Shown in pieces: positions 52,744 to 64,000 of a DNA stretch of 64,000 bases. The stretch covers positions 89,714,001 to 89,778,000 of the forward strand of contig OX597820.1 in assembly GCA_951406725.2 (NCBI GenBank), given 5' to 3'. A program made the translations under genes and the position numbers. Position 1 is the stretch's first letter. Each line of letters starts with the position of its first letter. A model generated the notes under the pieces. It had not been told where the DNA came from and did not search any database. It saw only the letters and a program-made list of their open reading frames with translations. Source of the stretch: Octopus vulgaris (taxonomy: Eukaryota).

Positions 52744-53140
52744 GCTAAAACAACAACGGTAGCACCGTCCTCTATAGGACGGCCACATTTAGTTGGCAAA
52801 TATATCTTGCGATTCCGTAATGTTACTGACTATCTCTCGCTCAGAGATTTAATATAACTTATCTCTCTTTTCTACGAGATTAGCGACAGTATGTCGCAAG
52901 AAAAATGATATAGTATTTTGTGAGCGGAATGAGTTCTTCATCACTAACCACTGAAGACGAGTGACCACCCAGAAATTTTGATCTGTGTGTATTACGTAAG
53001 GCTATGATCTCCATCGCAAATACTAATCGGACGCAGACTGTGTGTCGTTGGCCAGCTAGAGGAGATGTCTTCATGGCGCTAAAAAAAACAGTAGCGTCGT
53101 CCTGTATTGGACCACTATATTTAGTTGGCAAATATATTTT

Positions 53141-53142
<2 letters not shown>
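52744..53142 (+). mobile_element. ~400-bp element with ~65-bp terminal direct repeats between two (TA)n tracts
   Basis: 52744-52810 matches 53078-53142 (GCTAAAA..AC(G/A)GTAGC..CGTCCT.TAT.GGAC..ATTTAGTTGGCAAATATAT); internal CTGAAGA-CGAGTG-AC-CACCC-AGAAA. Confidence 0.6.
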
Positions 53143-53189
<47 letters not shown>

Positions 53190-53299
53190 TTCGCATACAC
53201 ATACACACATGCGAGTACATGATAACTATTGTTTGTTGTGATATAAAAGTTGAGTCATTTAAGTTATCTCTGAGAGCATTACCTATGAGCATGAGTTAA

Positions 53300-54400
53300 A
53301 AACTCGTTGTCCTAAGCTCAGATAATAATGCCATGCAAATTAAGAGCGATATAGAATAACTGGAGGTAGCAGAACGTAACAGAGCTTTAGAACTTTGAAG
53401 ATGCCCATCATTTGAGGAACGTCTAAGAGAGTACGAAGTAGTAGACAGTCTAACATCTTGATGAATCCGCAAGATACCCTCGAATGTAGGAAGAAACAAT
53501 TTTCTTCGCTGCTAAATCGGAATCCGAAACCTGCATATAATTTTTTGAGAAATATCACACATAATTACGAGTAGACATAGATAAATGTACAGACGTCATT
53601 TCAAGCGTTCTCAAATGATGTAAACAGAACGAAACCGCAAAAATTTTCAGGATCAGTAAATATTTCTCTTGCATTATTAATCAGATCTAACTGCCTCTTA
53701 AAATTAGGATTCTTTCTGATGTTGAAAATAAGGGAAAACCGTCTAATTGAAATGAAGAGAAAAAAATGCAGTTATTTTCATCTTCAAGAAAGGATATGGT
53801 ACATTTTGTGAGAATTGTTGTGAAATACCATTGCTGTCATTTGTTGGATGCAAGCATATTTCTTGTCCGTCCCTAATTCATTGCTGAGAACTTTATGAAT
53901 GTCAGAGTGGTTTTCGTTATTCTTGTGATACTTTCGATATAAAGACGACTACACGAGAAAAAAAATTAGAATGCAAAAAAAATCATTTTTTGATATGGAA
54001 AAGAACCCCGAAAACTTTCACTGTGCAGTACCAGAAGAAGACACGCGATTAGTTCTTATTGTTCAAGCAATTTTAACAGACGTTTAAGTAATGCACAAGA
54101 TTAAATGAAGCTATTGTTTCGACCAAAATAACCTTTCTTCGATGCTTTTGAAATTTTCTTCAGGGAAACTTGTTGTTGACACAAGATACCACTTTCATGG
54201 TAGACTATTTATTATATCGAGTGACTAAAATCCAACCCAGCGCTGAGCTTCAATACGAAGAAGATTCTCTTACACGCTGTCACACGCTAGGAACTCCAGA
54301 AACTAGTCAACAACTTCATCAACGCAGATCTCATGTTTTTCACTATTAGCAATGTATTATCACTAGCTCTTGCACAAAAACCCATCCATGTAAAGAAATG
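53300..54400 (+). mobile_element. Decayed RTE-like LINE RT fragment
   Basis: FIFKKGYGTFCENCCEIPLLS, ECQSGFRYSCDTFD and FFDMEK align by eye to RT motifs KKGD..CGNYRGISLLS, ESQCGFR..RSTID and FIDLxKAFD. Confidence 0.6.
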
Positions 54401-55491
54401 AAATAAGCTTAGCATAACAATGCAAATGAGAGAAATATAAGTAGAGTATATCCAATAATTCGTATTACCTTATTTTTAATTAGTCACACATCTAAGTTGA
54501 GAATTAGATTACGCTCAATATTAACAGCAAATCCCTTCACTGACTCAACATTTTAGCTTTCACCTAAAACGTAATAATTGTATTATTTCAATTATATTAA
54601 CATCTTCTTGCAAATATAATTTTAGGTTTCTTATATAACTTTGCCTTAGCTTCTTCTCACAAATACACCTAAATATAATCAATATCATTACTGTTTTGCA
54701 TCATTCAAAAAAATAATAATACTAACGTAAGAGTAATTTTATTAATAACTACTAACATAAAACTTTTATTTAAATTATAATGTTTGTGAAAGAATATATT
54801 TATGTTATTACTGTATCTGTATAATAATAGAATAATACATTCTATACAAAATGTATTTGTCATTAAGAATACCTAAAACTACTTGAACATGAAGCATATA
54901 TGTCTGTATGCGCATGTTTATAGATTTCTTGTTAATTTTCCAACAGTTAATTAATTCTATTTTCGCATCTATTTCACTTCTAATCTAGTCCTGTCATTAT
55001 TTTTGACTTGTGTATTTCGCTTATTTACATTATTTACATAACAAAATGTTTTCACAATTCACACACAATTCTAGTGTTAGTAAAGTTAAATCATTTTCCT
55101 GAACGATTTTCAATAGAGTTATCGTGAATGATATTAAACTATTACAAGAACAATTTAACAACCAATAGCTTTCTTCCTCCTAGGTATTTTAGAAAGTATA
55201 GAGGTTATTCCGTTTCACCAGAGAAGCCATATTACGCCACTGTCCAGCTTATCTTCTTTTACTGTCTTCTGTATTTCTTGTCTCTTGTCTTCAAATGAAA
55301 CTAACGATAATTAACCATCACATATTCGAAATAACTTCAGACATTGCACCAATTACTGCACAATTCTCTGCTAAACGATTTCAGTCATTTTGAACACAGA
55401 TATACCATTGTGTGTATAATTATATATGTATGTATATGTATATAAATATATATATAATATGTATATATATATATATATCTAATATATGTAT

Positions 55492-55523
<32 letters not shown>

Positions 55524-55550
55524 GTATATTCATATATCTATACATACGTT

Positions 55551-55598
<48 letters not shown>

Positions 55599-56469
55599 TA
55601 TACATGCACACACACGCACACGCATACGCACATATACTGAGACATGTGGAACTGCATGGTTTTGTGGTTAGGGCGTTGTAGTCATGATGATGAAATTGTG
55701 CTTTCACTTCCCGGATTGGTGGATATGTTGAATACTTGAGCAACTCTTTATTTCACGTTGCTCCTGCCCACTTCGATGGCAAATATGAGCAATCCCATCC
55801 TGCAGGGAATATATACACCACTGAATCCTGAAAACCGGATTTATAAGCCAAGGCCTCGGAAAAGTTCATTGATCCTTTTAAGATACACACATACATGTAT
55901 ACATGTATGCATGCTTCAACATATATGCATATATGTGCATTTAATTGACAGTATATATTAAAACCAAATCAAATTTATATAAATACATAGGAATGTTTTA
56001 TATTCGAAGGTATGAAATTATGCATGCATACACAGCTGTGCACAAAAATGATACAAATATATTTAATGTCTGAATTTGTGTTTAGAAGGATCGTAGGAAT
56101 GTAGTTACATTAAATGTTGTAAGTTTTCCATCGAAGTGATAAGGACCATCTATCTAGTCAGCCTCCAGATTGACAGATGATTTGCGCTGTGATTTGGAAT
56201 GAAGATGAGTTGCGCACTCTCAAACACTCTCTTGTCATCGAGTATTTCAATCCAGTAGAAAGACCAAGTCAACATGCTGAGGAAGAAAACGGATAGAGTG
56301 GATGACTAAGATGTCTTGCTTGCCTCATCTTGCTCTTTTCCCTCCACAATGTGTTGTTAGTTCCTCCTCCGTTTAACCATGAAAACTTTCTCCCGCAAAG
56401 TTTGCCGACGTCGGTCTTCACACGCACAAGTAGGCCAGCCCCTTAAACTAATAAACTTATAGCTCGGAC

Positions 56470-56610
56470 CCTGACAGGTGCTTCTATTCCGGGTCAGAAT
56501 AGACATTGGAACAATAGAGGATAAAGAATGATTCCACACTCCTGAAAACAAAAGATATCCCGAATCAGTGCCCCACTATCGGATGCAGTTTATGGTAATA
56601 CACAGGACAT
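56470..56610 (-). mobile_element. Old SINE body fragment (Meta-domain-like), related to 62020-62140
   Basis: TCCGGGTCAGAATAG..GGAACAAT..CCACACTCC..GGATGCAGTTTA..AGGACA shared with the 62-kb copy; domain name assigned from memory. Confidence 0.45.
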
Positions 56611-56964
56611 GGATAGGTGTGGCATAAGACAATATGCATATACTCCAGAGTTTTTGATGCATAAATTCACAGAATCATATGCATCGGCAAATTCGAATAT
56701 AAAAATAACTCTGAAGTTTTTGTTCAGTTATGTTACTAACTCCGTGTTTAAAAACAGGGCTGATTGCAGTGAATTTATTAGTATGTAGTATATTGGAGCA
56801 GTTTTGGTGAGTATATATTGCCAAATACTATTTATTGTTCCTAGCATTGGCACAAGTCCTGAAAAAAAACAGGGTAAACATACAACGAGGGGAAGTTGCA
56901 AAGTTCCTGACTTTAAAGGTAACACAAAATGCCTGTTTGGAGGCCAAACACTTTTACTCTTTTA

Positions 56965-57350
56965 CTTTTTTCAGTCATTTGGTTGTGGCCATGCTGGAGC
57001 ACCGCATTTAGTCGAGCAAATCGACCCCAGCACTTATTCTTTGTAAGCCAAGTACTTAGTCTATCGGTCTCTTTTGCCGAACCGCCAAGCTACGGGGACG
57101 TAAACACACCGGCATCGGTTGTCAAGCGATGTTGGGGGGACAAACATACACACACAAACACCCACATACATACACATATATATACATATATATTCGACGA
57201 GCTTCTGTTAGTTTCCGTCTACCAAATCCACTCAAAAGCCTTTGGTCGGCCCGAGGCTGTAGTAGAACACACTTACCCAAGGTGCCACGCAGTGGGACGG
57301 AACCCGGAACCATGTGGTTCGTAAGCAAGCTACTTACCACACGACCACTC
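56965..57350 (-). mobile_element. SINE family C, full length
   Basis: Reverse complement of 33250-33656. Confidence 0.9.
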
Positions 57351-58134
57351 TTACCTTCAGATTTCTTTTACAGGGCTTAGAGAAATTGAAGGACTGCTGT
57401 AATAAGTGTGTGAATTTGAGAGGAGAATATGTTGAATAAAATCACAATTAACTGAATCTGCTGTATTTCTTTTTACCCTAAAGCCAGGAAATTCTCAGCA
57501 ACCCCTCGTAGAGGTAGCATTAGGCTAGTAGTTTACTTTATCAACACCCCCAAAATATATTTATCACTGAAACGAATTTAATACAACGTGACCGAATGTG
57601 CAGTTAATAGGTCATAAAAGATTCAACAAATTGATCAGCCTGAAGAGAAGGGATGTACCGCAAAAACACATTGTCGATGGAGAATTTTATGCAGTACAAT
57701 CATTTTTTTTAATATGGTGTATGAGATTTTTTTCCCCAAGTGTTTTTCACTGGAGACCTTTTGTCTTACACACGAAATATTCATAACAGTTTGTAATTTT
57801 CTTTACACCTCGTTTGAGTTACACTCGATTAAGTTGAATGATGATGTACTCTTTTCAGTTCATTTGAGTCATACTCCTTCCCCACCACATGTATATGTGT
57901 TCGTGTGTGTATGCGTATATGGTGGTGTATGTACGCAAATGTATTCTCTATCTTATATAGTTTCACGTCTAGCTTAAAATCATTTTTATGGAGAATGTTA
58001 GAAATATGTTTATGTATATATCCCATTGAAATATTCATGAAGCTAGTTTAAAATCATTTTCGAGAGAGAGAGAATGAGAAAGCATATGAGTATATGTATG
58101 CATATGTACATGTATGTATAAGTGTGTTTGTATG

Positions 58135-58176
<42 letters not shown>

Positions 58177-58974
58177 ATCATACATATATATATATATTCA
58201 TCTGTAAACTTATATACATACATGCACGTATATATGTATGGAGAGAGAGAGAGAGAGAAAAAGATACAGATAGAAAGAAAGAGGCAGTAAGAGAGAGACA
58301 ATTGTTTCACTAAATTGTTTTTAATGAATAATTTATTTCTGCAGTAATGGTTAGTATTCGCTGAAAAGATTATTGTTTTCGATAATAATTATTTGAGAAA
58401 TATTTTTACTCCTACTCGACTAAGTGATGGATACTAAGTATTGGTTTGTAACTTAGGTAGGGATAAACCAAGTCAGTGGCTGCCTCTTAATGTTGATCAT
58501 TGACCCTGAAAGACCTCCTGTTCATGGCTGTCCACAATATTTTGGAACAGAACAGTCAATAGCTACAATAGTTCTTTCGTTTATGAAGACTGGGGATGTG
58601 GTTTGAGGGAGGTGCTGCCTCTCTATCTAGCAGAATGAGAATCTGCTTAATGACTTCTCTCGTAATGACAAGTGCGTCCACAGACCATTGGTAAGTAACT
58701 ACTGGAGACGTCATGTTGTTTAGTAGCATTCATTGTCTTACTTGAAGGCACATGTGATATCTCTTGTATCATCGTATCCAACATACTTCAATATAAAGAA
58801 TTTCATCTCTTTTCTGGTCGTTCTTCTTGTAAACAATTTTTGGGTCAGTCTCCGGAAAATTATTGTGTGGCCAAAATTTCAGTGTAGATTATTATGTCAT
58901 TCGGTGATTTTTTTGTTTCTTCAACAGAAAATCTTTGACTGGTGGATTCTGTTATTTTATCAGTTATTATACGA

Positions 58975-59140
58975 CGGCCATGCTAGGGCACCGCCTTCAA
59001 TATAACTTAGTCGAATATATCGACCCCATTACTAATTATTTTAAGCGTGATACTAATTCTATCAGTCCTTTTGCTGAACCGCTGACTTTAGGGAACGTAA
59101 ATATACAGCTGTCAAGTGGTGAGGGAAGACAAACATAGAC
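58975..59140 (-). mobile_element. SINE family C 3' fragment
   Basis: GGCCATGCTAGGGCACCGCC..TTAGTCGAA..ATCGACCCC..TTTTGCTGAACCGCT. Confidence 0.65.
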
Positions 59141-59531
59141 ACAATTACACACACACACTCACGCACACACACACACATACACACACACACAGATATACTC
59201 ACTCACTCACACACACACATACACAGACACACACACACAGGATTCTAAGATTTCTTGTTAGTGATCATTTATATCTAAGTATCAGAAAGAACAGTAGTTT
59301 TAAAATTTTGTGTTTCAAATTACTTCAAACTTAGTGGCAGGATTTGACGGTCTCATATAAATACAGCACATGACAAAACTTTGTGTTAAGCTTTTGAACG
59401 CGGAAAGTGAATATATATGCGCACCATTTTTATCATAGTTAACTGCAGAGAGTGGTTTTGACCAAGGGTTTTGAAAAACAAAACCTAACCCCCTCCTTGT
59501 ACTGCGTGAAGCGGAGACACTCCTAGCAACA

Positions 59532-59610
<79 letters not shown>

Positions 59611-61040
59611 ACACACAGAGGAGTTTTCAGATTTCCCCAATATATTATTCATATATTGCAGAGTAATAACTAAATACTTTTAGTGATGGACATAGAAACC
59701 GTACCTACAGGATATACTGAATAATTATTGCAGTAACAGAAAATAAAAATGTTTTCTATTTTCGTAGATAACTAATATCATTACGGGAATGACCATATTT
59801 GATTGCACAGTCGAAGCTTGTCAAATCATTACAGAACATTGGTGCCACAAATCTGGTAATGCATGTTCTTTATCTGTAACTCTGACTTCTTTCAGCACAA
59901 GATAACGGTAAAAAAAGAGAAAAATCTTATTTTTTCTAAACTAGGATATGAAAATTAAAATTGCATGTATTTTCAGCGGAACATATAGTATATGCTTTGG
60001 CGACCACTATATTATTAGTGAAACGCTCTATCTGAATTAGAACTTCATATATTTCCTTATGTGATATATTTTATCAAATTAAAGATCCTCCTCTGTTGCA
60101 AGTTTTCATTTCATATATTATCTTTTATGCAGTTATTGATTTGTTGCATACATTATTTTAAAGTTTCCATATGTTTAAAGGTTATGAATAAATAAAACAT
60201 AGCAATCTGAACGAAAGTTAAAGCGTTGGCTAAATATAATGTTTTACATGTAGACAGTAAAATGTAACTACATCGAGATTATAAAGATTAAATATAAACA
60301 ATTTCAAAATGATGGTGTGATAGTTCATAGTTTACCGATCAATTTAGATAGAGAGTAAGATATGACTTAAAGATTCAGCTTTAAAAACAACTCAGATACT
60401 AAATCAAGAAACAGTCAATGGATTTACATACGTGTACATAGACACATGTATACCGAAAATACATACATACATACATGCATACAAACCTAAATACATACAT
60501 ACACACACATAAAATTATATATATATATATATATATATGGGGGCGTATAAGTTTGTAAGCCTATCCTGTGTGTATGTTCATGAACGTAAAATATATGGGT
60601 ATTTGTACATAAGAATACATACTCAGATATACTCACAGATATGCAAATATATACGTGAATATATATGTGTGTATGACTGCATACATATCCTGTATAATAT
60701 GCATACACATACATACATACATACATAAATCAGACACAGACACACAAACACACAATCTCGCATGTATAAAATTTTAGCACAGCCGTTTTTGTTTAGCAAG
60801 TAACATCACCTGAGACTGATTATGTGTGAAAATACACACAGAAATTGTGTTAGTACCTACATTGCAGAAAGGTGTCGAAATTTTCAGCATTTCGTACAAA
60901 TGTATGTTCATAGCATTTTCACGAAAATATAAAGATTTGTATGTTCTTTAATTGCCAATATAACTTTAAGATGTTGTAATACTTATAAAGATACACACAC
61001 ACATACAAATATGCACTCAAACACATGCATATGTAGATGA

Positions 61041-61074
<34 letters not shown>

Positions 61075-61384
61075 GGCGATTGCTCTACGCTTGCTTCCTT
61101 ATTGTCGACGACATTTCTCACTTTCCGTCTGTACCCACTAAAATGCTTATTCATTCCTGCTGTGAACCTGCATGATTTGAAACATAGTTGACACGAAGAT
61201 TATAACTTGCTGTGACTTCCAGCTGATTAAGTCAGCACGCGTCGTTAATCTCTTATCACCATAGGACTTTCAGTGGATGGAATGACAAATGATATCTCCT
61301 TAATTAGATTATGTACGTCATTGCATAATAGTGGTAAACGCTTGTACAACACAAATACCGCAGTCTGAGTCTCCGTGGCTAGTA

Positions 61385-61794
61385 CCTATTTCTTAAGCAC
61401 TCATAAGGGGCTAAACACAGAGAGGACAAACAAGGACAGGCAAACGGATTAAGTCGATTATATCGACTCCAGTGCGTAACTGGTACTTAATTTATCGACC
61501 CCGAAAAGATGAAAGGCAAAGTCGACCTCGACGGAATTTGAATTCAGAACGTGGCAGCAGACAAAATACCTATTTCTTTACTACCCACAAGGGGCTAAAC
61601 ACAGAAAGGACAAACAAGGACAGACAAACGGATTAAGTCGATTATATCGACTCTAGCACGTAACTGGTACTTATTTAAAGATCCCGAAAGGATGAAAGGC
61701 AGAGTCGACCTTGGCGGAATTTGAACTCAGGACGTAGCAGCAGACGCTAAGAATTTCGCCCGGCGTGCAAACGTTTCTGCCAGCTCGCCGCCTT
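61385..61794 (-). mobile_element. Dimeric SINE family A copy with TSD
   Basis: One head plus two bodies; flanks CTCCGTGGCTAGTACCT (61371-61387) and CTTCGTGACTAGTACCT (61795-61811). Confidence 0.88.
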
Positions 61795-62019
61795 CTTCGT
61801 GACTAGTACCTTATTGAGAAACTGAAGTGAGATGATCAGTAATGATGTGAAGTCGCAGGATTTACATCAGAGTGTTCCTCTCCTAGAAGAATGTTGTGAC
61901 AACAGCTAGAGGTTACTCACTTACGGTGGCTTTAGTGTGAGCCCTGACACCAACCAAGGGTATTTCTATATTTCTGGTGCTCAGATGGATTGTCATGACA
62001 TCTTACCTTGGATACGAAT

Positions 62020-62140
62020 TGGTAGTACTACTCTGGGTCAGAATCGATCTCGGAACAATGGTGATTAAGAGTTGGCCCCATATCCCTCAAAACTCTGGAA
62101 CACCCGAATTGGATGAAGTTTAAATTCATACCCATGACAA
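62020..62140 (-). mobile_element. Old SINE body fragment (Meta-domain-like)
   Basis: TACTACTCTGGGTCAGAATCGATCTCGGAACAATGG..GGATGAAGTTTAA..CATACCCATGACA. Confidence 0.45.
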
Positions 62141-62510
62141 AACACAAAACCTGTGTGTGTTGTACTCCCCTATGAAGTCGTGAAAATTGATGGAATCACT
62201 CTTGCACACGAGAACATCAAGCAGGTGACAACTGACAGAAAAAAGGCCTGCACAATCACACTCACACACACACACACACACATATATATATTCCTATGCG
62301 CACATAGACATATCGACACACGTTAATATATGTACGTTTGTTTTCCTATGTTGAAATATTTAAAAGGTAATCCACCATACTCTAAGCATAGAGAAATACT
62401 TGTATTGAAGCGTTACATTGTTGCAGGTGTAGTTCATGAGGCAGAATATTTATATTTAATGAAGTGTCTTTCTCTAACAGAGGAATATTTCATAGGTTCT
62501 AAATATATGT

Positions 62511-62550
<40 letters not shown>

Positions 62551-62934
62551 CATATATGCACACACACATTCACTCACACACACACACACACACAAACATA
62601 CACATATAACGGTAAATTACCATTTGTAACGCTAGATACATTTATTCATTTTGAATTGTTATATCGATGATGTTGATGTTGCAAATATGGAAGAATAACA
62701 CCGGTCAAAGTTGATGTTGACTTCAAATTTCACTTTACCATTACATATTGTTATAGACAAACCTCAACGAGCAGGCATGACTTAAAAACAATAAAGTTAT
62801 CTTTTCTCGTATATTGTTGTTGTATTTATGTTGGTCTTCTACTAAAACAAGGGTCAGAGGAAGACAGAGTGAATATAAGTGTAGGAAGTGGATAGAATGA
62901 TACACATGATACTTTCATTGTGTTTGTCATTTAA

Positions 62935-62942
<8 letters not shown>

Positions 62943-63007
<65 letters not shown>
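62943..63007. repeat. (AG)n microsatellite
   Basis: Seen directly. Confidence 0.95.
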
Positions 63008-63008
<1 letters not shown>

Positions 63009-63474
63009 GTTTGTTAGAAAAGAATAATGAGCTGGTGAGAAAGTAGTGTACAAACGTGGCGTTGGGACAAGACACAGTAACATAGTTACCATTCTAGCTG
63101 TGAGCTTTCTCTCAGTTGAATTATCTGACTAAGTGAATTCTGCCTATGGTTGCCTCTGGTCATCTCTCTTCACCAACTAAATTTTCCTTACGGAATTTTA
63201 GTATTTCTAACAATGCAAGCTAGGTAAAAAGAGGGGATTTTGCAGAGCACAATAGATGTTCATTTGAGGTCAACCGTTATCTCACTTCAACTCTCCATCG
63301 CATACAGAAGGTTAGGAGGGTCAAGCGGAAAAGAAATAAATCGGTTTGGCAAAGCAATGTGTTCAAGGTAACTGGTGTCAACTATAATTTTTCTGTGAGA
63401 AAAGTGGTGTTGAAATGTTACGGGAAATTTGCTGATTCAGGTTCTAATTTACTCTATGCCTAAATGAAGTCACT

Positions 63475-63526
<52 letters not shown>

Positions 63527-63559
63527 TTTGTTTCATGCATACATACATAAAAATATGAT

Positions 63560-63760
63560 TAAAGATCCTTCCCAGGCCATTGACTCACAATTTGTTGACG
63601 CAAATTGCACCCCATCTCACCGGTCAGTTGTAGGGTAGCTCCTTTTTACTATCTGAGTAGACTGGAGAAACGTGAAATAAAAGGATTCGCTCAAGACCAC
63701 AATGCAATGCCCTGTCCAGGCATCCAAACCATTATCATTATGTGTGAAGGAGCGACTTCA
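63560..63760 (-). mobile_element. Degenerate family B-related SINE
   Basis: CTGAGTAGACTGGAGAAACGTGAAATAAA..GCTCAAGACCACAA matches 6446-6497. Confidence 0.6.
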
Positions 63761-63889
63761 CACATAGATACGTATATACATATAAACATACATACACACA
63801 CACACGTATATACATAAATATATATATATATTTGTGTATGTGTGCGTGTGTGCGGAAGTATATGTATCTATCTATTCATCCAGCTATTT

Positions 63890-63930
63890 GTCTATCTCTC
63901 TGTCTGTCCGTCTCTCACCTCCTCTCTCTT

Positions 63931-64000
<70 letters not shown>
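63890..64000. repeat. (TGTC)n/(TATC)n microsatellite
   Basis: Seen directly. Confidence 0.95.

Overview
AT-rich eukaryotic DNA, saturated with microsatellites and almost entirely made of transposable elements. The SINE families and the (TA)n/(TAA)n/(TATC)n landscape look like Octopus (coleoid cephalopod) non-coding DNA; this is recognition from memory, not a search result. No host protein-coding exon could be supported. The window holds R4/Dong-type RLE LINEs inserted in (TAA)n tracts, including one 5'-truncated copy at 14.5-17.1 kb whose frame is open except for a single stop. It also holds several Penelope-like element (PLE) remnants, Tc1/mariner fossils (DD34D, DD37D, DD41D), a Gypsy remnant, RTE, CR1 and Tx1/L1 fragments, three tRNA-derived SINE families, a mini-Helitron, a foldback DNA element, a degenerate 5S rRNA copy and a ~1.15 kb (TA)n tract. 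The most interesting signal is a recurring class of short asymmetric fold-back insertions in microsatellites (32.2, 38.1, 38.5, 42.3 and 51.0 kb). Their arms carry hammerhead-ribozyme-like motifs, in most cases on both strands, and they link by sequence and architecture to PLE remnants in the same window. A 200-nt run of seven consecutive hairpins at 49.67-49.86 kb remains unexplained.
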